Assembly: GCA_012295275.1 (NCBI GenBank)
Contig: CM022665.1
Location: 9,672,001 to 9,736,000, forward strand
Direction of reading: 5' to 3'
DNA from: Chrysomallon squamiferum
Lineage: Eukaryota; Animalia; Mollusca
Length of the DNA stretch: 64,000 nucleotides
Below are positions 26,501-38,706 of the stretch, piece by piece. The position numbers were made by a program, and so were the translations under genes. The notes beneath the pieces were generated by a model, which was not told where the DNA came from, did not search any database, and saw only the letters and a program-made list of their open reading frames with translations. The stretch's first letter is position 1, and the number at the start of each line of letters is the position of its first letter.

Positions 26501-29491
26501 GACAGATTATGACTGTTTTTTGTATAGAAATCTTTTAATTCACTAATGTTATATTCTTTTTTTTTTTATCATCATCATCATCATCATTATTATTATTTTG
26601 TTCTTTTCTTTTTTTCTTCTATATTTATTAAATATTGTGTATGTCTGTTTTTATGTCTTTGATTAATATTAATAAAATTATTTTATTTTATTTTATTTGT
26701 GTATAGGTATAAAATAGCATTTTAAAAGATATTTATATTTGAAAAATTTCAAAAGTATGAGTAAGTAATTATAACTGAAAAGGTTCCTTTAAATCCACAC
26801 ACTCACAATATTGTTACATCAAAAACTAAGGCAGGTATAAACAACAGAGGCATGAAGTGTCATAGTCACAACTACAAACATATTAACTGCTACTGTATTA
26901 CTCAGTCACAGAAATTACAAGTGATTTCCCCATGTCTTTTCTATCATCAACTACAAGATAAATGAAACAAATTTCAGCCTGTCTAGAAAGAATTTTATCT
27001 TAACCTTGAACTGAGTTAATCTGTTTTAATTGTTTAATTAGGGAGGCTAAGTTCACACACAACACAATGTATCTGTGATTATTTGAGTTGAATGTTTGAC
27101 GATGTCGCTGCTGTTAGTTCTAGTGGATGCTGACATCAACAACATGTTTGATGAAGTGGTAGTAGACAGGATCCCACCCATAACACATGTTGGTCTCATC
27201 ACTCATATTCTGCCTTTTATATACTTACTTTTAATTCAATTTCATGGTCAGTATTTTTAATAAACACTTCAGTGACACTGGAGTTAATTATATGTTTGTT
27301 ATACTCAAGGGAAATTCATCAAAGGACTTCAATTTGAAGGTCTTTTGTTTTTTGTGTATATTTTTAATATTTAAAAAATAAAGATCTCAGTATATGTATA
27401 TAAATAAATGAAATATTGAACATTATTATATTATCTGTTTATTAAATAAAATTATAGATATGTCTTTACAAATTTATTTCACTTTATATTATTTGAACAA
27501 TTAGAATTGTATTTTACATGTTTTAAAGAAGTAAAATAAAAATCATAGGAAAATGCAGACACTCCTCTTGACATTATCTGAAAAGCAAATATCAAAAGCT
27601 CAGAGAAAAGATAAAGAAAAAAAAAAAAAAAGCCTTTTCAAAAATTTTTTTAACAAAGATTTGCTGCCAACAAAATGTAAATTCATCAGATATACGTTAT
27701 CAATGACTGATTGTTTATTTATTTATTTATTTATTTATATAAGTAGATTGTTCTGTAAAAACCTATGTAAGTCAAAACTAGTGTATCAAAAGAGATAACA
27801 ATATTAATTTAAAATATAAGCTGGGAATCACTTTATAAAATTGAACCTGTATAAGTAGGATCTATAGGGAGTGTCTGTATAAAATTATGGAACATATGGA
27901 ACTACATTTTAGATCTTTTGTTTTTAATAAAAGTTTACATAAAACAACAAAATAAAAACACAAAAGCAATCAATACATGTGTATATAAGAAAGTTCTGTT
28001 TCTGCATGTGTACTTTGTTAATGCAGTACGTTTGTATTGATCAGTAGTTGTTTGCATTATGTCAGCTTAACACTGTTGTCACACAACTCACTCTGTGTTT
28101 GTTATTAAGACTTTCATATATTGATTCAGCACTCATTTATCAACATTGTGTCAAGAGTTTCTCTACTATACATGTATATGTTTCATGTAAATATGTTTTT
28201 ATCACGTGTGGCCATATGTCACACACAGTGTTTTGTACACAGGTATTGATATAGCAGTGGAATATGACTTTCAAAATTCTTTCCCAAGATTTAGTGATTT
28301 TTAAAAAAAGAAATTCTTTCCAAATATTTTGTGATTTCAAAAACTTTATTTAAAAAAATTTTTTTAAAAACATTTTGTGATTGTTTATATAAAAATAAAT
28401 TGACTTAAATTTCTTTTCCAAGATTTGGTTATTTAAAAAATGAATTTAAATTTTTTTTTAAAGTTTACTTTTAAGATTCTTTCTGATATTCATAGAATTT
28501 AGTATTTAATTATATATTTTCATAATAGTTTTATTCCAGAATTTATATTTTATATCATATAGTTGTAAAGTTTATATCAGCTGTTTATTATATATCTAAG
28601 CCTTTATTAATTATATTCATTAAAATGTTTATTATTACCTGTTGATTTGTATGTAATACTGAAAAAGATGTTGCGATAACTTATTAATTGTGTATATTAA
28701 TTGCCATAATTTATTGTATTGATTTGAATTATATTTAGTTTCAGTAAATTAATTTTAATAAAAATTACATTGAAAAAATAATAATACATGTATTAAATAT
28801 CTAGATTATAGTTAGATTATTAAAAAAAAAAAAAAAAAAATTATATTTTTAAATATCCCAAAAACTTTATTTTAATAAATTAATTTTAATAAAATTTACA
28901 TTTAAAAAATAATAATAATAAATACTAATAGATTATTTTCAATCAATTAATTTCAATAAAGATTACATTAAAACAATAATAATTTTAAGGTCTAAAACAT
29001 TTTTCCTCTCAAAACCTGAAAAATCAGTTAAAATAAGAGTTTAAATAAATTTGTTCTTCTTTCATCCCAAAGCCTGCTATTTTTTTTTTCAATATCTCTT
29101 CCTTAAACCTTATGAACCATTTAAATAACTTTTTATACTTTATTTCTGTATTCTTTCCTTAAACTTGATGGACCAAATAAATAATAGTTTCTGTATATTC
29201 TTTTCAGTATTCCCTCCCTCTATCTGATGCACCAGTTAAATATTTTGATAGTTACTTTTCATGTCAGTTGTCTTGATACTTTAACTTCAGCAAGTCAGGA
29301 AACTCTTCAAAGAGTTCGCAGGTAAATGTTAAAATTATTTTACTTTTCATAATTGTTCTTTTCTGTTTAATTACTGTTACTATGACAGTTGTTACTAATT
29401 TTCAATGTTAGGAAATTCTAATAAAACTTTTTTTTTTTTTTTTTTTTATGAAAATGAAAATGAAATTAAAACTGTAAATTTAAAACAACAG

Positions 29492-29525
<34 letters not shown>

Positions 29526-29931
29526 ATATTATTTAATTAATAAAAAGATGTGAACTGCTTAAAATATTTTCTTTTCCATACATGCATGCATGTATACATG
29601 AATTCATATATACATATGTGTACATGCTATAGCATCATATAAAAACTCTACACACACAAATATACACTTTTCAGATGTGAAAAAAATGAACCCACAAATC
29701 TCGTCTGCGTGCATGTTTGCGTGCGTGTGTTCATGATACGTATATGTATACTAAAACTGACTGTACAGTTTTACTTACAGATTTTTGAAGATGTATTTAA
29801 AGTTTTGTGAAAACGAGAGAACAAACACAGCTCCTGACAGAAACAAATGGAAAGAAAGCCTGGAACTTTTCTCACACGTTTTACCAAAATGTCTCACTTA
29901 TTTCACTGACTGTGTAGTTATTAAACACTAG
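17265..29931 (+). CDS. ERMARD: Endoplasmic reticulum membrane-associated RNA degradation protein (C6orf70, DUF4209), 18 coding exons, 689 aa
   Basis: All 18 exons have AG/GT ends and compatible phases, total 2070 nt. The translation has collinear motifs I recall from vertebrate ERMARD: [90 protein letters not shown]. The start codon is less certain than the rest. Confidence 0.93.
17763..17911 (+). CDS. ERMARD: ERMARD exon 2
   Basis: ttacag| to aag|gtaatt; [12 protein letters not shown]...FLQWTGNEK. Confidence 0.85.
18465..18566 (+). CDS. ERMARD: ERMARD exon 3
   Basis: tttcag| to gat|gtgaga; ...[10 protein letters not shown]. Confidence 0.9.
18939..19028 (+). CDS. ERMARD: ERMARD exon 4
   Basis: tttcag| to gta|gtgagt; [17 protein letters not shown]... 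Confidence 0.9.
19543..19640 (+). CDS. ERMARD: ERMARD exon 5 (first R-X4-H motif)
   Basis: gttcag| to gag|gttaag; [18 protein letters not shown]. Confidence 0.9.
20054..20190 (+). CDS. ERMARD: ERMARD exon 6
   Basis: ttgcag| to ctt|gtaaat; [16 protein letters not shown]... Confidence 0.85.
21066..21177 (+). CDS. ERMARD: ERMARD exon 7
   Basis: tttcag| to gag|gtaaat; ...[22 protein letters not shown]. Confidence 0.85.
21320..21422 (+). CDS. ERMARD: ERMARD exon 8
   Basis: gtttag| to gaa|gtactt; [26 protein letters not shown]. Confidence 0.9.
21917..21946 (+). CDS. ERMARD: ERMARD exon 9 (30-nt microexon)
   Basis: ttatag| to gag|gtaagt; [10 protein letters not shown]. Confidence 0.9.
22192..22260 (+). 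CDS. ERMARD: ERMARD exon 10
   Basis: ttttag| to atg|gtatgt; [23 protein letters not shown]. Confidence 0.9.
22944..23105 (+). CDS. ERMARD: ERMARD exon 11 (second R-X4-H motif)
   Basis: ttccag| to aag|gtaagt; [15 protein letters not shown]. Confidence 0.9.
23780..23860 (+). CDS. ERMARD: ERMARD exon 12
   Basis: ttgtag| to cag|gtaatt; [15 protein letters not shown]. Confidence 0.85.
24215..24288 (+). CDS. ERMARD: ERMARD exon 13
   Basis: tttcag| to atg|gtaaac; phase 0 to 2. Confidence 0.8.
24576..24716 (+). CDS. ERMARD: ERMARD exon 14
   Basis: ttccag| to tat|gtaaga; phase 2 to 2; 3' part of ORF 24472..24720. Confidence 0.8.
25407..25491 (+). CDS. ERMARD: ERMARD exon 15
   Basis: ttccag| to cag|gttagt; ...[10 protein letters not shown]. 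Confidence 0.8.
25850..26035 (-). mobile_element. Degenerate SINE body fragment in ERMARD intron 15
   Basis: GC-richer island; ggctggaatgctaatagc...gggattgat resembles ggctagaacgggaaatgtagc...gcgattgat at 57543-57588. Confidence 0.35.
26085..26266 (+). CDS. ERMARD: ERMARD exon 16
   Basis: ttacag| (in-frame alternative AG ending at 26090) to aag|gtgaat; [15 protein letters not shown]. Confidence 0.85.
28745..28983. repeat. Degenerate AT-rich tandem repeat, 3 copies
   Basis: aattaatttyaataaa.attacatt.aaa.aataataat near 28745, 28875 and 28945. Confidence 0.7.
29208..29321 (+). CDS. ERMARD: ERMARD exon 17
   Basis: tttcag| to cag|gtaaat; phase 2 to 2; hydrophobic [23 protein letters not shown]. 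Confidence 0.8.
29781..29931 (+). CDS. ERMARD: ERMARD exon 18 (terminal, TAG stop)
   Basis: ttacag|; [30 protein letters not shown]...IKH*. Confidence 0.85.
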
Positions 29932-29989
29932 TTTATATTTGAATATTACTGTGATAATTTTCGTGTCAACTCATGTTGTTACATTTAGA

Positions 29990-30029
<40 letters not shown>

Positions 30030-30444
30030 CCATCTTGCCACCAACCCATCAAATCCAATTATCCACACATCCATTTATTTATCCATTCGCCCAGTCATCC
30101 ATCCATCTATCCGTCCATACACGTAGCTATTGCCAGCTAATTATCTACTGTTTATTATACATGTAATCTTATTATACTATAAAGATGGTATATGTAATTA
30201 CTTTCCGTTAATGATAATTGTAAGTATGATGAGCAGAATAATTGTTGTAATAATAAAGATTTTTATTCTGTTAAATATAATAAGGTTTATTAATGTAGTA
30301 TATGTAATATATATCAGCATGTGTATGGTTGTTCTTGTATGATGTATATTTAATTTTAACATTCCTGATGAAGGTGTGATAATTGACTTTGAAAATGTGG
30401 ATAAATTAAAATATATATATTTTTATTATTGTGTTGAATTTGTA

Positions 30445-30454
30445 AATAAATAAA
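30445..30454 (+). terminator. Candidate ERMARD polyadenylation signal
   Basis: Overlapping AATAAATAAA about 0.5 kb after the stop, followed by GT/T-rich sequence; weak evidence in such AT-rich DNA. Confidence 0.3.
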
Positions 30455-31057
30455 TCGTGATTGAAATTTGGTTTTGAAAGAAGTTAAAACAAAACCCAGT
30501 TTTACAAAAAAATCCAAAATTTAACAAAAACAAAACGTCATTTCACATCAATATTCACATTATTACTTCCGTCATTACCACCAGCTGACGTTGACTATCA
30601 CATTTTAGACTTGGAATGACCTTGAGAAGTGAACGTCTCTGAGGATTTCTTAGATTCTGTTATTACAATGATATTACAGTATGTCTTTAACCCAGCCGTT
30701 TATCCAATCGTCTGCTTTAATTTCCCGCTCCCTAAACATAGAAAAACAAACCGGTTATTTGATAATGCGGAAGGAATGATGAAATCGATGAAGACGACAT
30801 TTAAGCAATGCAGAGTGTCGAAATTCTTTACTTCCCCGTTTCATGACCTTCAGAAAAAAAAAAAAAAAAAAATTCAAGAAATCAGAATGTCAATGGGACG
30901 CAGTTACAAACCAGTTGAAAATCAATGGCTTAACTTGGCCTTGTCTTCGTCTTTTTTGTGAGGAAAACATTCTTTTCATTTGGCCTAAATCAAAGGAATA
31001 AGGAACAAAAGTAGCTCCGTTTTAAACTTTTTTTGTTACGTAGTTACGTGGTGTGTT

Positions 31058-31170
<113 letters not shown>

Positions 31171-31850
31171 CTTTGTATTTGCACGCATGAATTAATTAAA
31201 TGAAACAAAATCTATTTTAATAATAGAAACAACAGATCGACCGAACAACAATATTCTCACAATAATCATTGAATGCCATATACGATTTACATAATTCTCT
31301 CACTTTCATACAAACAGAAAATATGTTTATTAGATTTAGATACTTTGTTAAAAAGCTAAAGCTGTACTTTTATTATGATTTAGTGAAATTACAGAGGTAA
31401 GTAGTGTTACTGTACAGTACTAGCTGATTTGAACAAAGCTTTGGTTGCCACTATTTTTCTATCTAGTTTTTCTATTATTTTGAATTGCAATGTCAGCTTG
31501 AAAACATACAGATATTAATACTTTGTATATCTAATTTCTACGTATAATTAAAAAGCTGGATATAAAGTTTTTAAATGACAATATTGTTATACAAGCCGTT
31601 AACTCACATAGACATATGCAGGACAGTTTTGCTATATACAGTTGGGTAGATTTTTAAAACTCTGTTTCTGTTACATAAAAACTAATTAAACGTTTTAATT
31701 TATATTCAAACAGTTCGTGCGGTATACAAAGTGTAACAACATATATATATATAAAATAGCAAGATTATCCTGTGTAATAATTTTTAAAATGCCTCCAATC
31801 GTTAATGTAAAAAATTATAAAACAGAAAAAAACAGAAAACAAATTAGCAA

Positions 31851-31888
<38 letters not shown>

Positions 31889-32311
31889 CAAAATAACCAG
31901 TAGAAACAAACAAAACTCACTAAACATGATCATTTAATACTCTTTACAAGAACTAAGCAGTCGCGACCTGTACTGAATAATCTATAAATTGTTCCCATTC
32001 TTTAATGATAAAAGCTATGAGAAAAAACATTTAGACACATATTAAAAAGACATGAGTTTTGTATACCGCCTCTCGCAAAGTACATACACTGTCCGCTTAA
32101 CCCGATCTTGATGATTGAACTTGGCCACACTGAACCCTGTGATCCGTTTGAGTAGCACTCGAATACATATTTAAATTAAAGAAGATGTTTACTGTTAAAA
32201 TGCATGTTTAATGGAGATTTGGTATGGGCGATGCTTGAGTTCAGACACAGGCGCTCTATATAAGACAACTTTAGTATTGTCTCAAAAAAAAACAAAAAAA
32301 AAAACCTTTTT

Positions 32312-32314
<3 letters not shown>

Positions 32315-32394
<80 letters not shown>
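32315..32394. repeat. (TC)n microsatellite
   Basis: Read directly from the sequence. Confidence 0.95.
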
Positions 32395-32397
<3 letters not shown>

Positions 32398-32998
32398 CCC
32401 ACAGTAGAGGCTTAAAGTCATCTTAAGTTCATCACCAAAATATTTACGAAAGAAGTACAGTTTCACCTTAAGATGGGTTCAATGCAATATTTAATTCACC
32501 ATCTTAAATTTACTTTGCTACCAAGACAGCAAACAATTATTTATACTTTTCGTATAATATAAAAATATATTAAGTACATTCCATTACTTAAGGGTATACT
32601 GATTTAATATCGTGGCGTTAAAACTACTTTTCGTGATTTGTTAAAAATAGTGTTAATTAATTATTACAATTTGATTTTGATAATAGGAGACTTCTTGAAT
32701 ATAAAAAAAAAAAAAAAAAAAAAATTGTCTAAGTGTAACAGTTAGATTAATTAAGTTAATCTTTGTTTATTAATCATTCAGCAGTCATAATTTACAAATT
32801 TTAACATTTTCGAACCAGTATTTTCATATACATACATTTAAACCAGATCTTCCTTGTTTGCATTTTGGTGCCTGGACATTAAAGGATGTTAATAGCTGAG
32901 AATCAGACCTAGATTAAGAAAATATTTTAGTTTTATATCAATGGCGAGATATCATTATTATATTACGTTATAATATTATTGTATTGTATTATATTATT

Positions 32999-33033
<35 letters not shown>

Positions 33034-35625
33034 AAAAAAAATTTTCAGTTCATATATGCGTTTTCAGTAATGCACATGACATCTGAAGGAAAAAATGGAG
33101 AGATCCAGTCACAGACCCAGGATAATTTAAAGGAAGGCTGCCAATACGACCTTACCCATTAGCATCAGCAGAACGACACATATAGGCCTACATAAACCTG
33201 TGTCTATGAATTTCTCTTGACATATATATACATATATATATATATATATGCATGCACGTATTTATGTATGTATCTATGTATGTAAGTATATGTGTGTGAG
33301 TGTTGCTGTATATATTATACACACACACGTACTTACATACATACATAAATACGGCAATGCATACACACAAACACACACACGCGCGCATATATTCTTTTGA
33401 AATAAACTTATTATAATAAAAATAATGTTTTAGTTATATAAACTTAAAATCGTCTAATCGCTAAATTAATCGCTGTGGAAATAATTAAATTACTTCTACG
33501 CAGAGCCTGTTATTGTTAACATTATAAAAACAAATTTCTGAATCTGCACTTATTGGCACTTTCCTTGTTACGTTCTGGCTTAAAAGGTCTAAGCTTAAAG
33601 TCAACTGTTATTATCCAGGACTTAGAGTAGACCATTCCTGACTCGCGTGTCTGTCCTGGGCGACCTCACACGTGTTCTAGATGACATAAAGTTATGTGTC
33701 ACTGTTTTAATTTTGCGCCCTCAGAAAACTCTCTTAGTACACATTACGAATTGGCAGAATTATTTGAAAATTTAATCAGGTATTTGCTCATTTGTTTCCA
33801 TAACTTGAAAGAATGTAATATAATTATATTCGGTGCTGAGTGTTGATTTATGATGTTCGTATGGTATTTGTCCTGTCTCTCTCTCTGTTTGTGTGTATCT
33901 TTGACTTTCTCTGTCAGCATGACTGAAAAATCTTCGCTTGTTAAATTTTTATGAGATATATAAAAAGTTAAAGAATATAGTCTATAAAATATTCTTTAAG
34001 ACTTTTAGACATAAGAAATAAAAATAATTTCAGTCATTCGTCAGACATTAGACATTTTCTAATAGATTATGAAAAAAAAAAAAATCATTCGTCTAAGTTG
34101 TACAAGGTATTATTTTATGATCTAAAATATAATTTTAAAAAAATACAGAAAAAACTATTTGTACATTTCTTCTTCTGCCTCTTATTCAGGCCGTCTCTCT
34201 TTCAAGGACAAAAGGTCTGTTGCAACATTTCCGTTCTGTCAATAACAGATCTGTAAAAATAAACATTAATTTATTTTTGTCCATAAGACAACACGCTATT
34301 GACTATGTTTATATACAGCAACAGTTTATATTGTTATGTACAAAGCGATCCTTGCTAAGATCTAATATGTCCATAACATATTTGTTTGAGTATTACCTCT
34401 TTTGTGATAACCTTTCAAAACTTTTCTCGTTGTTGTATTTTAAGAACAAACAAACTTTCACTTTACTAACTTCAGAAAAAGAAAGTTCTAAATCTGTCCA
34501 GACTGTTAGAGCAGTTGTCACGTAGATCTGTATGTTCGCAGCAACACGAAAGAAAAAATAATTTTCATTTTCGATAATTTTTCAAAAAAAGGTTGGGATG
34601 TCAGGTTCGCTAGCTCTTTTTACTGTGAATACAAATATGTGTGTGTGTGCGTGTGCGCGCGTGCGCCTAATGTTTATGTATGTAAACATACACGAACAAT
34701 CGTAATATCCCATCTATATATACAAGCTTATAATATGTAAGCATATACACACATACACATACATATACACATACATATACATATATATATATACACACAC
34801 ACACACACATACCAACATATACATTCAAATAAATATATATTTGTACGAACAAACACATTCATAAACACATACATACATACAAAAATACACAAACATATAT
34901 ACAGATAAATGTATTATTTTATGATCTAAAATCAGATACATACACACACATATATACTGACATAGAACACACTCATACAAACATACATACATACATACAT
35001 ATTATTATTTTTATTGATTCCGTTCTCGTTACTGACAATCCAGTTTTTCTACTGCAAAAGAACTTTAAAAAACTTCTTTTCTTTTTTCTTTTTTTTTTTT
35101 CAGAGGCGACAAAACCTAGAATTGCTGTTCACATTACAAGACCACGCTACGTCCACTACTTGGCAAGGTTTTGTGTTTGAACAAACCGACTGAAAAACTC
35201 GCGCGAAGTGTGACCATTTTATCACCACCTCCTTAAACGTTTTTATCTTGTATTATAAATGTTACTGAGTGAAAAATATTTTGAATACTGGTAGAAGTTA
35301 AATTTAAACTTTTTGCCCGTTAATCTATTTTGTGCCCCTTAAGTTTAATTGTTTATCTATATATCTATCTATCTATATGGCTGTTTGTCTATCTGCCTGT
35401 CTGTTATATATATATATATCTGTTTGTCTATCTACATATACCATTTAATCATTCTGCATAATAATAAAGAAGAAGAAAATGACGATGAACTTGTTGACAT
35501 ATCGCCATTTTATAAAAATTAAAAACAAATTTAAAATATTCTCATATTTTTCTTTAGTTCTAAATGTATTCATTTTGATCTTTTAGCATGTTCAAACTTT
35601 ATAAATAAAGCGTCTTTGGCATTCT

Positions 35626-35678
<53 letters not shown>

Positions 35679-36609
35679 GCTCTTATTGTTGTTATGTTGT
35701 TGTTATTGCTGCTGTCAGTAGTTATGATGTTAAATATAATATGTGTTTGTTATACTGTGCATCGTATTGCTAAACTTGAATCTAGTAAATTATTAATTAT
35801 GTTCTAAGCATAAATTTAACCAAGACTTTCGTTTTTAAATCAGTTATGAAAAAAAGAAAGAAAGAAAAACATTAAGTAAACCTCATCAACCCCCAAAAAA
35901 ACCTACTACTTCTCATTCATTTTTTTACATCTGACTTTTTAGCTTTAAAGTCAAAATATTTCAAACAGTGTCACAAGGAACATTTTCCCCTTTTTGTCTC
36001 TTTTAGGATTTCTTTAAAGTCCACCCAAAACGTAAGTACACGTATACAGTAAACAAAAAAAAAAAAAATGGCCGTTACGGAAACGCAGTCGCATGATGTT
36101 GTATCCTCCAAAATACCTTCAAATACAGAACTTTATGAAGCCTAAATAACGTGAAGAACAACAAAAAAACATGAGTATTTCGGTACGTGTTCTAATCTGT
36201 TTGTCTGATGGTTCACGTATACCAGAAATCTCTTCTGAGGTTTCCTCCTGGGCTGGCAGAATACCTAAGTAAAGAATTTGAGTTTGTTCAAACATGAGAC
36301 GGACTAAAGAAATTACCCTTAGTAACCTCGTCACTTCCGACAAAAGTTGTGTAAGAATTTGCTGTTTATTTTAATTAGCAAAACGTGTAAAGTAAACTGT
36401 GAATAACTGGTAAAGTAAATAAAAAACTAACTAACTAAATAAATAAATAATGATATAAGGATGATATTAAAAAAAGTTAAACCATACACTTCTCCATGAT
36501 TTCAGTGAATCTTTTTTCTTTTTTTATTTTGTTTTTTTTCTTTATTGTTTTGATAATTCTTAAAGTTTCTATTTTTTTTCCCCTTCTTCGTTTCCGGTTT
36601 TTCTTATTG

Positions 36610-36640
<31 letters not shown>

Positions 36641-37839
36641 GATTTTTTTTTTGTTATTTATTTTTATTATTTGTGACATATAATGACGTAATTAAAAGAC
36701 AATCTTAAAAGAAAATAAGTTTATCTAGTTAATAATTACTAAAGATTATACATATATCTTATCTAAAAACTGTTCTAAACTATACAGACATTGACAGAAG
36801 AACTGCATCAATCCATTCGCTTATCATTTCAATAAATCGCAATATAATCAATTGTTCATCTTGTGTTAATTTTGAATTCTATCAAATGGAACCATATAGT
36901 CTTTTAGATGGACTAAACATTGCAATTACTGATGAATATATGGATGCCATATATATAGACACACAACCTATAATAAAATGTTTGTGCAGCTACCTTGGTT
37001 GCCATCATCTATTTCAACTCACTTAAAGCACATTTTCCCCTTTTTTTTTGTTGTTGTTTTCCCCTCCATTTCAGCTAGAGATCCCGACTTGGTTTATCAG
37101 TTATATGCACTTTTATGTCATTAAAAGAGACATATAAACCATCTCTTGCTGATCCTCAAGTTTATTCATCACCTGCTTTTAATTTTCTACCTTTAGAAAC
37201 CTTTCAATTCATCTGAGACCATTTCAGCTATGACCAAATAAATAAGAAACTTGTAAAAACACATGTATTCTGATCCATCAACTGTAAAATATATTTAAAT
37301 TATTTAATGGACTTAAATAATTTTCTTAATTTTTTTAAAAGGGAGTTTTAAGAAAGAAGCTCTAAATAAAAATATCAGTTCAGATAGAATATTTAAAAGT
37401 ATTGAGAGAGAGTTAGAAAGAAAAAAAGATTTATTAATTTGTAAATTAGTTATTCATAATGTAAATTAGTTATTCATAATGTAAAAAGGTAATGTTACAT
37501 TAATTTTAAAAATAGGTTTATATTACATTTAATTTTATTTTTACTAACTATATATAATTGAATATCAAAGAAGATAAATATAATCAGTAATAATAATAAT
37601 AATATCAGTAACTAATGAACTAACGAACTAAATAAATAAATAAAATAAAATAAGATGTAAAAGTACAACACCTTTCTAATTTCTAATCTTTTCATCTCGT
37701 CTGACTAAATGTTTGTTTATTTATTTATTCGACATTAAGAACGTTATTATGGGAGTCATAATTAACATGCCTCTATTATAATTTATATGGACAATTAATT
37801 TCTGAATTCAGTTATTTGTCGGTAAACTTAAATATCGAT

Positions 37840-37900
37840 TCCGCTGACACGCTGTAGCCAATGGGAGAGCTTGAAAATTCAAGGGCGGCTTAGAGTGGAC
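37840..37900 (+). promoter_or_regulatory. Candidate promoter of a third gene
   Basis: AGCCAATGGG (NF-Y CCAAT box, about 37856-37865) and GGGCGG (GC box, about 37883) at the start of a roughly 600-bp complex, GC-richer island. Confidence 0.45.
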
Positions 37901-38706
37901 TTGAAAGCCAGGGGAGACTGCACGAAGATAAAGAGGATACTTTTCTGGAAGGTCACATGATCAAACAAACCGCTATGTTTAGCCTGCTGGAGTTGAGGTG
38001 ATGTTTGATAAACTCAGCCACAGAGAAGCTGACTTCCAAATGTATGTCTGACCAGACCAGTATCGTGTAGATAGGGCTGGGATAGACACGTCTTGACCAC
38101 AGTGTGTTCATCATCTCTTGAGTTTACATTATCCTCAAATACAGCTGAGTTTGCTTGTAGCTTCTTCCAGAAACTGACTCTTCTGGTGGAATCATTGACA
38201 ACACTACTGATATATTCTTTTGGACATAGGTTACTGTTGCAGAGGACTTTGATTATGATTAAGAAGACTTAGTAAGTCTTCAGTTAGACACAACTACTTT
38301 GACTGTTCCTAAGGATTGCGTGGTGGCATAAAGAAATTTTATTCTCGACTAGATGGGTGCTTTTTTCTGGAGGACTTCGTTCATCATCATTTACTGGACA
38401 TAATTAATCTCATTTACTGAACTGGACAAATTTTTTTAAATTTAACCAGTTAAAAAAAAAATCATTACTTTGTAAATGGACATAAGTAATTGTGTTGTTC
38501 GTTGAACTGTTGCTGAACTTAACATAATTCATAATTATAAAGTGTTGTACATAAGTGGACATGACAGATAATTTGTTGCTGAAGAGAACGTATTACTATC
38601 GTTTTGATCATTCAGTTAAAAACTTCTACTGAGTGATTCCAAATTATTTTATTTCACAAGAGTTTCCAGGAATTACAGATTCGTGAACCTAATCTCGGAT
38701 GATACG
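37900..38706 (+). other. Probable non-coding first exon (5' UTR) of a third gene with large introns; start approximate
   Basis: Complex sequence with no long ORF, downstream of the CCAAT/GC boxes, ending in a consensus donor acg|GTAAGT at 38707. Confidence 0.4.

Noticed and set aside
28048-28254. Hydrophobic ORF as candidate ERMARD exon 17
   Set aside because: The phase-2 join gives a stop after about 14 codons; 29208-29321 fits phase and homology better.
30629-30961. 110-aa ORF downstream of ERMARD
   Set aside because: GTG start, runs through a poly-A tract, no recognisable domain or splice support.
35104-35167. Exon candidate after a strong pyrimidine tract
   Set aside because: Weak donor (aag|gttttg), no partner exons and no recognisable peptide.
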